Assembly (NCBI GenBank): GCA_051251915.1
Contig: JBPOGF010000003.1
Span: 96,001-160,000, forward strand
DNA length: 64,000 bases
Direction: 5' to 3'
From: Akkermansiaceae bacterium
Lineage (GTDB): Bacteria > Verrucomicrobiota > Verrucomicrobiia > Verrucomicrobiales > Akkermansiaceae
The translations under genes were made by a program, and so were the position numbers. Shown here in pieces: positions 30,528 to 40,465 of the stretch (positions are counted from its first letter, which is position 1; each line of letters starts with the position of its first letter). The notes below the pieces were generated by a model, which was given only the letters and a program-made list of their open reading frames with translations, had not been told where the DNA came from and did no database searches.

Positions 30528-30600
30528 GCTCGGTTTTGGAGGTGGGTGTTACTTCTGAACTGGGCGATATGCCGCTGGTTTTTGGGGTATGACGCCTAGT
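30528..30600. repeat. 73-bp direct repeat copy 1 (duplicate of the 3' end of gene 31775-32857)
   Basis: 69 of 73 nt identical to 31754-31826, including 51 contiguous nt; encodes LGVIPQKPAAYRPVQK* on the minus strand. Confidence 0.95.
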
Positions 30601-30737
30601 GTTTGTTCAATATGATCCTTGGAGGACAATTGATTTAGATAGTCTATGGTGTGGCCACCTCTCGGTGGCCATTGTGGTCCTAAAAGTGAAATTTGGATTT
30701 TAGCGATGTTTTAAATATCGACTAGTGTAAGAAAAGA

Positions 30738-31574
30738 CTAATTGCGTCTTCTATGAGCAAAGCCCAATAATGTAGCTAGTGATATAAGCGCAGCTGAGGA
30801 TGGCTCTGGTACTACTGTAAAAGAACTGGCTCCATTATCTACCCATGTCACAGGTGATAGATCTGAATCATTAGTTTTCTCCCAATTTGCCGTGTTTAGT
30901 ATACTGGCTCTTATATCCTGAGCGGAACCTGCTGTTGAGCCAGTGTAGCGCACGTTATCCCATTCGTCGTCTTTTGTGGCAGAGTTACCCAAGGCAATGG
31001 CGTTAGTTCCATCAGTTAAGCCCGGGTATAAGTTACTATCATTTTGGTCTGGTGGAAAGCCACCGACACCAACTCCTGTTACGCCAACGGCATTCCAATC
31101 TGTAGTACTAGTTGTGAGTGCCCACAATGCTGTGAAGCCAAGGGTATCTGCAACATTAGAGTCTTGAAAGATAACCAACTGATCTCCTGAAGATGCTGGT
31201 GTTAATGAAGGATCTACGTCTTCAGAATACGCTGTATTAGGAAGGTGGGTATAACCGGATAGTAAGTTACCAGCTTCTACAGAATGGATTGTTCCTGCTG
31301 ATATGCCACCTGCCCCAACTGTTAAACGAATAAGACCTTCTGCTCTAAATGCTGAGGTATCATCATAGTAGCTAGCATCACTGAAGTATAATACTTCTCC
31401 TTGAGATATATCATTGAGAGCAACCCAAGAGAATGCATCACCAGTTCCAGGGCCATTAGAGTTTCCATCGGTATAATAGCCTATTATTGCTAGATCACCT
31501 ACAGTCACTGCTGCATGTGATACCGAAAATGTACTAGCTAGGCACAATAGTGTGTTTTTTACTGTTTTATTCAT
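30738..31574 (-). CDS. PEP-CTERM sorting domain surface protein
   Basis: Signal peptide; GDLAIIG...FSWVAL domain; C-terminal VPEPSSAALISLATLLGFAHRRRN. Confidence 0.93.
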   Translation of the reverse strand: MNKTVKNTLLCLASTFSVSHAAVTVGDLAIIGYYTDGNSNGPGTGDAFSWVALNDISQGEVLYFSDASYYDDTSAFRAEGLIRLTVGAGGISAGTIHSVEAGNLLSGYTHLPNTAYSEDVDPSLTPASSGDQLVIFQDSNVADTLGFTALWALTTSTTDWNAVGVTGVGVGGFPPDQNDSNLYPGLTDGTNAIALGNSATKDDEWDNVRYTGSTAGSAQDIRASILNTANWEKTNDSDLSPVTWVDNGASSFTVVPEPSSAALISLATLLGFAHRRRN

Positions 31575-31753
31575 GATATGGTTAGTTTAAATAAGGTTTT
31601 ATTAGTCTAATGATTAACGTTAATTTATTTAACTATCATGCTGTGCTTACCGTCAAGTAGAAACAACAGATCTATCCACAGTTATCCATAGCTTTCCCAT
31701 ACAATTAAGCTTCAGTTAAGTTGGTTTAAGCATTCATCCATGTATGGTGAATA

Positions 31754-31826
31754 GCTCGGTTTTGGAGCTGGTGGCTACTTCTGAACTGGGCGATATGCCG
31801 CTGGTTTTTGGGGTATGACGCCTAGT
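31754..31826. repeat. 73-bp direct repeat copy 2 (actual 3' end of the ThuA-like gene)
   Basis: Matches 30528-30600. Confidence 0.95.
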
Positions 31827-32857
31827 TCTTGGTATTTGAATCCGCTGGGTAGTGGGTTGTATTCACCGGTTAGTGCGACGCTGCTGGTGGGGGAGATTTG
31901 TTTTTCCATGGCCATGCTCCAGTATGAGGCGTTGATGATGAGGCGGCGGAGGCCGGGGTTCTGGAGGTCACGTGCGCTGCCCATGGTGGATTGTAGGACG
32001 CGGGCGTTTTTGCCGGTGCTGGTTTTCCAGTTTTTGAACCAGATGACTGGGAGTGGGATTTTGTCTGGGTTGGTGGCGCCGCCTTGTTTGCGTCCAATGA
32101 GTGGCTGGCCGTAGACGAGGGCGGTGCAGTCTGCGGGGAGGCTTTCACCTTCTTTGTAGGTGCGGTAGACGTCTGATGGACCCCAGATGTCTTTGACGCC
32201 GGTGAGGATGGGGTGGTCTTTCATGGCTTCGACGATGTCTCCGCGGGTGGAGTCTTGGTGCCAGTTGCCGTGGTGGCCTTTGAATCTGCCGCCTAGGAGT
32301 TCGCCGAATTTGACTTGTTCGCCGTTGATGGTGTAGGGGAGTGGTTTGCGGAATCCGTGGTTGGCGGTGCGGAGGCCGATGATGGGTTTGCCGGAGTCGA
32401 GGTATTTGACGATGTGTTGGAGTTGTTCGTCTGGGAGTGTTAGCTCGCGGATGAGGAAGATGACGAGGTCGGCTTTGTCTAGGTGTTGGAGGCCGGGGAT
32501 GTTGTGAGATTTGAATGCGTCTTCTTCGCCTTTTTTGGGGAAGACGGGCATGGTGGGGTCTACTAGTCCTTGGTCATTTACGCCGAAGAGGACTGTGCAG
32601 TCGAAGCCGTGGTGTTTAGCGAGGACGTCAGCTAGCATGGGGAGGGATTGCTCGCTGCGGTATTCTTGGTCGGCGGTGATGAGGACGATATGTTTGCCTT
32701 TTCCTGGGCCTTCGCCGCCTTGGAATGTGAGCCATTGTTCGTTGGCTTGGGTGGTTGGGAGTGGGTGGGTGTTGGGCTGGACGGCTTGGCTTAGCATGCT
32801 GGTGAGTGGGATGCTTAGGCAGAGGAGTGTGGTGAACAATGGGTGGCGAGATTTCAT
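31775..32857 (-). CDS. ThuA-like (class I glutamine amidotransferase-like) secreted protein
   Basis: GPGKGKHIVLITADQEYRSE, IPGLQHLDKADL, GLRTANHGF, HPILTGV. Confidence 0.8.
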   Translation of the reverse strand: MKSRHPLFTTLLCLSIPLTSMLSQAVQPNTHPLPTTQANEQWLTFQGGEGPGKGKHIVLITADQEYRSEQSLPMLADVLAKHHGFDCTVLFGVNDQGLVDPTMPVFPKKGEEDAFKSHNIPGLQHLDKADLVIFLIRELTLPDEQLQHIVKYLDSGKPIIGLRTANHGFRKPLPYTINGEQVKFGELLGGRFKGHHGNWHQDSTRGDIVEAMKDHPILTGVKDIWGPSDVYRTYKEGESLPADCTALVYGQPLIGRKQGGATNPDKIPLPVIWFKNWKTSTGKNARVLQSTMGSARDLQNPGLRRLIINASYWSMAMEKQISPTSSVALTGEYNPLPSGFKYQELGVIPQKPAAYRPVQK

Positions 32858-32870
32858 GGAAGTTGTGGGG

Positions 32871-34364
32871 CTAGTCTTTGGGGATTTCGTTGACTGTGTA
32901 GTAGGCTTTGGTGTGGAGGAGGTTTCCGCCGTCTTTGGATTTCATGGGTGCGAAGTCGAAGTCGTGGATGTGGCCTTCGATGATTTTATCGAGTGTGAGG
33001 CGGACTGAGAGTCCGTCTTCTGATGGGACTGCTTTGGTGACTTTGAGTTGTGTTTGGTCTACTTCTGGGCTGCCGTAGCCGGCTTGGTAGATGTGGGTGT
33101 ACGTGTTGATGTTGTAGGTTTCAGGCTTGGCTGCGACTGTGGGGTCGATGGGTTTGGTGAAGTTGATGAGGAATCCGTCTTTCTTGATGTTGATTTCTTT
33201 TACTTCGAATGGCATGATTCCGGTCCAGTCTAGGCGCTGGATGGCGTAGGGTTCTGTGCCGCGGACTGGCCATTGTCTGTTGGTGGTGAATCCGCCGGCG
33301 ATGAGTTGTCCTTTTGGTGAGAATTCTACGTTCATGATGCCTGTGGCTAGGCCTTCTCTGAATGGGTAGCATGCTCCTTGCCAGACGCCGTTGATTTTTT
33401 CTGTGGTGGCGCGGAGGATGAGGCTGAGGGTGTAGTCACCGAGGAAGAATTGATTTTCGAATGGGCCGAACTTTCCGCCTGTGGTGTTTAGTCTGAATCC
33501 TGATATGGAGCGTCCCATTTTGATGTATGGGAAGCGGATGACTGGTGGGACGAGTTCTTTGACGCGTTTTTTCTCGATTTGGAGTCGTGAGCGGGTTTCT
33601 GGTGTGACTGATGGGATGTTGATGTCGGTGAATTGGTACCAGTTGTAGCTTGCTGGGTGTCCTAGGAAGCCGCCTTGTTTGAGGTGCTTGAGGGAGCATG
33701 CTCCGTTCCATGGGCCTTGGCTTTCGATGGTGAACATTTCACCTTCTGCGTTGGCGTCTACGCCGCCTGGGCTACGGAGTCCGCTGCAGACGGGGATCAT
33801 TTCACCTTCTGGGGTGACTTTGACTGCCCAGCCGCGGAAGAGGTTATGGGACTCGTATGAGCTACTTAGTCCGAGGGCGACCCAGATATTTCCTTGTGGG
33901 TCGTGCTTGGATGCGAAGGCGAATTCGTGGCCTTCTGCGTATCCCCAGTTGTTGGTGAGGGTGTCATAGCGGTCTGCGACTCCGTCTCCTGTGGTGTCTG
34001 TGATTTTAGTGACTTCTGCGAACTGGGTGGCGACCATGGAGCCGTCTTTCCAGTCTAGGCTGAAGATTTCATCTTGGCCGGTGGCGAAGAGGTGGTATTT
34101 GGGTTTGACTGGGGTGTCTAGTGCTCCATCGATGAAGTAGATGTCCCCACGGCGTGTGCCTACTGCTAGGCGTCCGTCTGGTAGGAAGTCGAAGCTCCCT
34201 GGTCGTAGTGGGATGTCTGCTGGGATGGGGACATTGACGATGGGGTAGTATTTGGCTTCTTCATCGGCGGTGCCCCACATGGCTCCTAGGTCTTCTGCGA
34301 GTGCGGAAGTGAGTGGTGTGGCTGTGAGGAGGGCGGTGGCTAGTAGAGAATATTTGTTTACCAT
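32871..34364 (-). CDS. Secreted beta-propeller protein (PVC-type dehydrogenase-like)
   Basis: Propeller blades LPDGRLAVGTRRG, DTTGDGVAD, SGLRSPGG, GKFGPFENQ. Confidence 0.75.
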   Translation of the reverse strand: MVNKYSLLATALLTATPLTSALAEDLGAMWGTADEEAKYYPIVNVPIPADIPLRPGSFDFLPDGRLAVGTRRGDIYFIDGALDTPVKPKYHLFATGQDEIFSLDWKDGSMVATQFAEVTKITDTTGDGVADRYDTLTNNWGYAEGHEFAFASKHDPQGNIWVALGLSSSYESHNLFRGWAVKVTPEGEMIPVCSGLRSPGGVDANAEGEMFTIESQGPWNGACSLKHLKQGGFLGHPASYNWYQFTDINIPSVTPETRSRLQIEKKRVKELVPPVIRFPYIKMGRSISGFRLNTTGGKFGPFENQFFLGDYTLSLILRATTEKINGVWQGACYPFREGLATGIMNVEFSPKGQLIAGGFTTNRQWPVRGTEPYAIQRLDWTGIMPFEVKEINIKKDGFLINFTKPIDPTVAAKPETYNINTYTHIYQAGYGSPEVDQTQLKVTKAVPSEDGLSVRLTLDKIIEGHIHDFDFAPMKSKDGGNLLHTKAYYTVNEIPKD

Positions 34365-37075
34365 TGGTATTCTATTGTGAGTTTAGATGCTCCTTTTGGA
34401 AGCGTGAGTGGGATGAGGAGATCTCCTGGATTTCCTTTACGGATGATAGCTTTGTGGTCTCCTTTGAAGCGGATAGTGAGCTTGTCGATGGTGTAGGTGT
34501 TGTCATCGATTTTGGTGATTTTTTCACCTGATGCGGCGCGGAAGTAGAACTGTTCTTGTGCTGCTGGTGTGTTGAAGCTGAAGGTTCTGACGAACTTGGC
34601 GGTGCCGTTGTCTGTCATGACGTCTTCGAAAAAGTCATCGATGGTGATGTCGCCGTAGTGGTATTGGAATGTGGGTCTACGGAGGTCATCTAGGCGGTAT
34701 CCGCGGAATTGGTATCCGTGGTCGTGTGGGAATTCGTAGTTGGTTTTGCCTTTGTATGGCCAGTGTGTGTCTAGTGACTTGAGGCGGTGGAATGGGATGC
34801 CTGCGGGGAAGGTGATTTGTTCTTTGCCGCTGGCTTTGAATGATCCGTGGTCTACGTCTGCGAAGGTGCCTTTCCAGAGGATGCGTAGTGCCATTTCTTC
34901 TGAGTCGAATGCGAGGTTGAGGCGTTGTGGGTAGCCTACGCCGATTCCGCGGAATCCGGCTGCGGTTCCTCTGCCTCTAACGATTTCTGCTTTTTCGAAG
35001 ACGCGGACTTGGTTAGACTGGCGTGATAGGCCTTCTGGTTTTTTGGCGCGTGGGCCGTCTGAGAGGTAGGTCCAGAGGGCTTCGATTTGTTGATCTGGGA
35101 CTCCGTCTAGGACGTCTGGGCGGATGGATTTGCCACCAGGCCAGAAGCTGGGCATGATGCCTGTTTCGTGGAATCTTGATGGGTTCTGCATGAAGAGGTG
35201 GAACCAGTTTTTCTGGAGGCTCTGGGTGGCGTTGACGAGGTCGAGTGCGCCGGCGCCGGATGAGTTTTTGCCGTTGAAGTCATGGCATGCTACGCAGCTG
35301 AATCCTTTGGGGCCGATCATGTTGTAGCCGGCATTTTTGGATTCTTTGATGCTTTCGATTTCTGGGAATTTGGCTTCTTCGAGTGAGTCTACTTTACCGA
35401 AGAGCTGAGCGAGGTGACCGATGTTGTCTTCGCCGTATTGTGGCATGGTGACGTTCATGTAGTCACGTTGGCGTTGGCCTTTGACGAGGACTTTGTGGAT
35501 CCATTGTGGTTGGAGTTTTGCTCCTACGCTGGTGAGTGTGGGTGGGATTCTGCCTTGGTCACCGAGTTCTGGGTGTGTGCCGGTGAAGAAGTCGAGTCTG
35601 TCTGGGCTGATGGCTCCTACTCCTTCTCTTTCGTGACATGCTGTGCAGTTGAATGTGACGAGTGTTTTGTTGATGGTTTCTGCGTTGCTTAGTGGCTTGG
35701 TGGCGGTGGTGTTTAGGCTCTTGGTAATGAGCTGGTGTTGTTCTTCGCTGAGGTTGTATTGTGGGACGTGCTTGTCTAGCTTGACGATGGTTGCTGGGGT
35801 GCTGAGGCAGCCTTTGTCAGAGGTAAGTTTTGAGAATGGGGTGTTGGTGGGAGCTTCAAGTCCGAGGTCATCGTGACAACTTGCACATCCGAGGGCGGTG
35901 AAGTGTTCGCGTCCTTGGGCGGCGAGTGCTTTGTTGACCTCGATGGGTTTGTATTCAGGGATGGTTTCTTTTGAGACTGATAGTTTTGATGATGGGACTG
36001 GAGCACGGTCGAAGTCTGGGCCTTTCATGTCAAATGAGAGGGCTGGGTAGTCTCCGGTGTGGTAGTAGATGAATTTTACTTTTTTGAGGCCTGGTTTTAG
36101 GTTGAGGGTTTTTACGAATTCTTGTGGTGCGCGCATTTGGCTGGGCGTTTGCGAGAAGAGTTCTTGGCCGTCGATGCTGAGGGAGCCGCCGTTGAGGCTG
36201 ATGTAGAATGTGTGTTCACCGGGTGTGGTGATGTTTAGATAGCCTTCGAATTCGATGGCGAATGAGCGTCTGATTTCGCCGAGGCTTTTTAGGTCGAAGT
36301 CTTTGGTGTGGCCTGCGCGGATGGTTCTGACTCCGTCTGTGCCGATGCCTTCCCAGATGCTGCCTTGGTGGAGGGTGTAGTTGAGGTGGCCGGGGATTTT
36401 GGTGTCTTTGAGGAGGTAGTGGGCGATGTCTATGACTTCTTTTGCGGGGAGGTTGAGCTTTGGCATGCGTCCGGATGGGCGGACTGCGTGTGGGTTGTTG
36501 AGGAACTTGACGAGGCTTTTGTGGCTGTATTTCTTGCCGAGGTCACCGAGTGGTGCGGAGGTGTCTGGCATTGTTTCTGAGCCGTCTTCGCCGCGTGGTG
36601 AGTGGCAGGATACGCAGCCTCTGGCGTGGAAGAGTTGTTGGCCTTGGGTGGCGGCTACTAGGTCTGGGACTTGTGGTGTGAAGTCATTTTTCTTGAGCGA
36701 GAGGAGGAAGTGGGTGAGGGACTTGGCGACTTCTGCTTTCTTTTCTGGGTCAATGCTCGCGAGCATGTCTGGCATGGTGGTGCCCGGTTTGGTGCCGTGT
36801 GGGTCGCTGATGAAGGTTTCGAGATAGTGTGGGTTCACTCGTGAGCCGATGTCTGCTAGGCGAGGTGCTACTTTTGAGTTGGCGGCAAATGGTGCATCGC
36901 TTTGGTGGCAGGCGGCGCAGTTGAGTTCTTCCATCAGGATGCGTCCTTTGAGGTCTGCGGGGAGCTCGGTTGCCTCCAGTCCGGGGACGATGGGGTGCGC
37001 GAGGAGTGCTGGTGCTAGTGTGAGAAGAAGCAGACCTGCTTTGATGGATGTTTGTGTTATTTTTTGATAAGGCAT
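34358..37075 (-). CDS. Multiheme c-type cytochrome (5 CxxCH) with a PA14-like domain
   Basis: CAACH, CVSCH, CASCH, CTACH, CVACH; FAIEFEGYLNITTPGEHTF PA14-like segment. ATG 37075 chosen as start. Confidence 0.88.
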   Translation of the reverse strand: MPYQKITQTSIKAGLLLLTLAPALLAHPIVPGLEATELPADLKGRILMEELNCAACHQSDAPFAANSKVAPRLADIGSRVNPHYLETFISDPHGTKPGTTMPDMLASIDPEKKAEVAKSLTHFLLSLKKNDFTPQVPDLVAATQGQQLFHARGCVSCHSPRGEDGSETMPDTSAPLGDLGKKYSHKSLVKFLNNPHAVRPSGRMPKLNLPAKEVIDIAHYLLKDTKIPGHLNYTLHQGSIWEGIGTDGVRTIRAGHTKDFDLKSLGEIRRSFAIEFEGYLNITTPGEHTFYISLNGGSLSIDGQELFSQTPSQMRAPQEFVKTLNLKPGLKKVKFIYYHTGDYPALSFDMKGPDFDRAPVPSSKLSVSKETIPEYKPIEVNKALAAQGREHFTALGCASCHDDLGLEAPTNTPFSKLTSDKGCLSTPATIVKLDKHVPQYNLSEEQHQLITKSLNTTATKPLSNAETINKTLVTFNCTACHEREGVGAISPDRLDFFTGTHPELGDQGRIPPTLTSVGAKLQPQWIHKVLVKGQRQRDYMNVTMPQYGEDNIGHLAQLFGKVDSLEEAKFPEIESIKESKNAGYNMIGPKGFSCVACHDFNGKNSSGAGALDLVNATQSLQKNWFHLFMQNPSRFHETGIMPSFWPGGKSIRPDVLDGVPDQQIEALWTYLSDGPRAKKPEGLSRQSNQVRVFEKAEIVRGRGTAAGFRGIGVGYPQRLNLAFDSEEMALRILWKGTFADVDHGSFKASGKEQITFPAGIPFHRLKSLDTHWPYKGKTNYEFPHDHGYQFRGYRLDDLRRPTFQYHYGDITIDDFFEDVMTDNGTAKFVRTFSFNTPAAQEQFYFRAASGEKITKIDDNTYTIDKLTIRFKGDHKAIIRKGNPGDLLIPLTLPKGASKLTIEYQW

Positions 37076-37369
37076 GTTTGAAATCACCAAGTTATTTTGA
37101 GTGTCATTTTCCAGTGGAAACGAGCTGCTGGGGAGAGGTGTGAAAAAATGATAGCAGTTACCGCACCATATGCTTTGGAGGTGGGAAGTAAATCATTAAA
37201 CTCCATGATCCAAAGCGGTAGCAGTTTGGGTTGTGTGGATTATAAATACAATTATGAATGTATTCGTGGTTCAATTCGTAGGTTGTGGCTTAAAGAATGA
37301 GCAAATATTCTTCAATTTGGTGGTCTCGGTTTTAGTTGCAGTGTAGGTTTTGCCAACTTTACGGAATTT

Positions 37370-37864
37370 ATGAAGGGTATGGAAATTGAAATCAATCTAG
37401 CGGATTATTTAAATGAGAAGCATCAACGGGAGATCCCGATGTTGTTGAACTCTTATGCCTCGGATCCGATGGGTGGTGGGGTGCCTCTGGATGAAAATGT
37501 TAGAGAGATTCTAGTGTCTGAGTTGGCGAAGATTCAGGGAGCGTTTTCGGTGCTAGCTTATGTGGATGGTGAGGTAGCGGGGTTGGTGAATTGTTTTGGG
37601 GCATTTTCAACTTTTACGTGTAAGCCGATTGTGAATATTCACGATGTGGTGGTGCTGCCTAAGTATAGGGGGCATAGGCTTAGCCAGAAAATGTTAGATA
37701 AGGTGGAGGAGGTGGCGCGTGGGCGTGGGTGTTGTAAAATCACGCTGGAGGTGCTGAGTAAGAATGAGGTGGCGAAGGCTGCTTACCAGAAGTTTGGTTT
37801 TGCGGGGTATGAGCTGGATCCGAAGGATGGGATGGCTTTGTTTTGGGAGAAGTCTCTGGGGTAG
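37370..37864 (+). CDS. GNAT family N-acetyltransferase
   Basis: IHDVVVLPKYRGHRLS, KITLEV..N..A...Y.KFGF. Confidence 0.92.
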   Translation: MKGMEIEINLADYLNEKHQREIPMLLNSYASDPMGGGVPLDENVREILVSELAKIQGAFSVLAYVDGEVAGLVNCFGAFSTFTCKPIVNIHDVVVLPKYRGHRLSQKMLDKVEEVARGRGCCKITLEVLSKNEVAKAAYQKFGFAGYELDPKDGMALFWEKSLG

Positions 37865-37937
37865 TTTTTTTTTTGAACCACGGAAGGCGCGGAAAGCACG
37901 GAACAGGGTTGATGGGGAGTGAAGTTGGGGTGAGGTG
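37865..37937 (+). repeat. Dispersed triplet repeat, CACGGAA type (copy C)
   Basis: T10-gaacCACGGAAggCGCGGAAagCACGGAAcagggttgatgggg. Confidence 0.8.
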
Positions 37938-38393
37938 CTAGGTTGCGAAGAGGTTTTTGAGGTCTTTGTCTTCTGGGGCTCTGAGTTCTAGTTCTGGGTC
38001 TAGTTCGATGGATTTGTTGAGGCAGGTTTGGGCGTCTGTTAGGTTTCCTAGGACGGAGTGGTAGCAGGCTAGGTTGTAGTGGTAGAGTGGGTCGCCGAGG
38101 AGAACCTTGGGGCCTGCGAGGAGTTGGCGGAGGGCGGCTAGAGTTTCACCCATTTCGTGGAGGCAGAATGCGGCGTGGATGAAGTAGGCTTTTTCTCTGC
38201 TGTCCATTTTGCAGAGTTCTTGGGCTGTTGCTGCAGCTGGATTCCAGAGTTGGAGCATCATCTGGGTGGCGAGGAGGAGCTCCTTGTAGCGCTCGGAGTT
38301 TTGCTCTTTTGAGGGCATATTTCGGAGTTCGATGAGGGCGTCTTCGGCCATCTCGAGTTGTAGGTATCCTTCGACTACTTCTAAATCATTCAC
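37938..38393 (-). CDS. TPR protein (start probably GTG 38393)
   Basis: EGYLQLEM, AYFIHAAFCLHEMG, YHYNLACY, D.DL end motif. Confidence 0.85.
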   Translation of the reverse strand: MNDLEVVEGYLQLEMAEDALIELRNMPSKEQNSERYKELLLATQMMLQLWNPAAATAQELCKMDSREKAYFIHAAFCLHEMGETLAALRQLLAGPKVLLGDPLYHYNLACYHSVLGNLTDAQTCLNKSIELDPELELRAPEDKDLKNLFAT

Positions 38394-38475
38394 TACTTCA
38401 TACTCTGCTAGTAGATATTGATAGCGCAAGTTTTTTCTAAAGGTAGCGTGGATGGAGGCAAGCTAGGGGGTTTGT

Positions 38476-38516
38476 ACCACGAATCTGCACGAATGTTCAC
38501 GAATCTGTGGATGATG
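38476..38516 (+). repeat. Dispersed triplet repeat, CACGAAT type (copy D)
   Basis: acCACGAATctgCACGAATgttCACGAATctgtggatgatg. Confidence 0.8.
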
Positions 38517-38769
38517 AAGCCGTGTATGATGAATTGGGAATTGTGGTAGGTACTGAATTTGAGCAAACCTAGTATATTGAAACAATGTATCTATTCTTAG
38601 CTTGTTTTTATTGATGGCCAGGGATGATGGGGGGGGATGAGAGGGAAGGTGTGATGTCTTAGATGATGGTGGTTAGATGGTCATTTTTTTAACCCGTTGG
38701 GGGCTGACAATGGTCATCTTGGTTGGGTTTAGGCATTGACTCTGGGGGGTAATGTGAGTTCTTAGGGCT

Positions 38770-40353
38770 ATGAATATTATATTTCGCTTCTTGGTAACAG
38801 CGCTGACTCTATCTCAACTATCCGCCGCACAGGGTTTGCCAAATATAGTGATTATCTATGCTGACGACTTGGGTTATGGTGATCTTTCTTGTTATAATAG
38901 TGAGTCAGCTTACAAGACGCCGAGATTGGATCAGATGGCGGCGGAGGGGATTCGGTTCACGGATGCTCACAGTCCATCTACGATTTGTTCTCCTTCTCGG
39001 TATGGGTTATTTTCTGGTCAGCAAGTTCACAGAACGGGTCGGAGGAGTTCAGCATTTGAGGGGCCAGGGGGGCCAAGTTTCATTAAGGAGGGGGAGATGA
39101 CGGTGGCGGATATGCTGAAGAAGTCAGGGTACCGGACTGGGATATTTGGTAAGTGGCATGTGGGTTTATCATGGTTTGATAAGGATGGGAATAGGCTCAG
39201 GGGTGGGTTTGATAATGCGAAGTTGATTGATTATGAGAAGAGCACTCCGCTGATCGATGGGCCTAATCGGCGTGGGTTTGATGAGTCATTTGTGACTCCA
39301 AACTGTCCGACTACTGATCCGCTGTATGTTTACATTGAGAATGGGATGGTTCCTGTGCCGGCGAACCAGAAATATGTGAGGGATGAAGTTCCTAATCCGG
39401 TTGGTAAGTGGCGTTGGGATAATGACGAGGGCTGGATGGCGCCTGGGTATGACTTTATGAAGGCTGATCTGCTTTTTTATGATAAGACGATAGATTTCAT
39501 CACTAGGCATAGGGAATTGACGCCAGAGAAGCCATTTTTTGCGGTTTTATCTACTCAGATTGCGCATGCGCCTGTGCTGCCTGCTGCTGAATTTAATGGT
39601 AAGACGGAGGCTGGTCCGCGAGGAGATTTTATTTATGAATTAGATGCGTTGGTTGGTAGATTATTGGATCAGTTGGAGGATATGGGGATAGATGACAATA
39701 CGATAGTGATGTTCAACACTGATAATGGGCCGGAGACGATGCATGCGATCTGGATGAAAAAAGACTATCATCATGATGCTGCTGGTGGGTTCCGCGGTGT
39801 GAAGAGAGATGGGTGGGAAGGTGGTCACCGGGTGCCGTTTATTGTTCGCTGGCCGGCACGCATTCCGGCTGGGCAGGTGAGTGCACAGATGACGAATACG
39901 ACGGATATTTTTGCGACTTTGGCATCTGCAACTGGGTTTACATTGCCTGATGATGTGGCTGTGGATAGTTTTGATATGTTGCCGGTGATGCTAGGGGTTC
40001 AGCCAGAGGGTGAGTCTGTGCGTCCGCATATGTTGACTCAGAGTTTCAGGTCTGAGTTTCAGCTTAGAGTTGGAGATTGGAAATATCTTGCTCACCAGGG
40101 ATCTGGTGGAAATAACTACGAACGGGGGGAAATGGCTCCGTATGCAACACCTATCACTGAGCCTGATGCTCCTGGGCAGCTTTACAATCTAGGGTTGGAT
40201 TCTGCTGAAAAGGATAATCTTTTTTATAAGGAAAAAGAGAGATGTGAGAGCATGCAGGAGTTGCTTAAGAAGTTGACTGTGAAGGAGGGTGGGCGAAGTG
40301 CTTTGCTTGATCGCAAGCCGCTTGATATGAGTAAGGTTCCGGTGATAAAGTAG
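38770..40353 (+). CDS. Arylsulfatase (formylglycine-dependent, family S1)
   Basis: PNIVIIYADDLGYGD, CSPSR, GKWHVG, DNG, GGHRVPFIVRWP. Confidence 0.95.
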   Translation: MNIIFRFLVTALTLSQLSAAQGLPNIVIIYADDLGYGDLSCYNSESAYKTPRLDQMAAEGIRFTDAHSPSTICSPSRYGLFSGQQVHRTGRRSSAFEGPGGPSFIKEGEMTVADMLKKSGYRTGIFGKWHVGLSWFDKDGNRLRGGFDNAKLIDYEKSTPLIDGPNRRGFDESFVTPNCPTTDPLYVYIENGMVPVPANQKYVRDEVPNPVGKWRWDNDEGWMAPGYDFMKADLLFYDKTIDFITRHRELTPEKPFFAVLSTQIAHAPVLPAAEFNGKTEAGPRGDFIYELDALVGRLLDQLEDMGIDDNTIVMFNTDNGPETMHAIWMKKDYHHDAAGGFRGVKRDGWEGGHRVPFIVRWPARIPAGQVSAQMTNTTDIFATLASATGFTLPDDVAVDSFDMLPVMLGVQPEGESVRPHMLTQSFRSEFQLRVGDWKYLAHQGSGGNNYERGEMAPYATPITEPDAPGQLYNLGLDSAEKDNLFYKEKERCESMQELLKKLTVKEGGRSALLDRKPLDMSKVPVIK

Positions 40354-40378
40354 GTGGTAAGGGGGGGAAAGGTAAGGA

Positions 40379-40465
40379 TTTTTTTACCACGAATAACACG
40401 AATCTTCACGAATGTGACAGCCTAGAGCTTTTTTTTTGACCGCTAAATACATGACAATCACGAAA
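40379..40465 (+). repeat. Dispersed triplet repeats (copy E and degenerate copy F)
   Basis: T7-acCACGAATaaCACGAATcttCACGAAT, then T9-gacCGCTAAAtaCATGACAatCACGAAA. Confidence 0.75.

Noticed and set aside
38476..38504. CRISPR array interpretation of the CACGAAT repeats
   Set aside because: Units are 9-10 nt with no spacers, and there are no cas genes.
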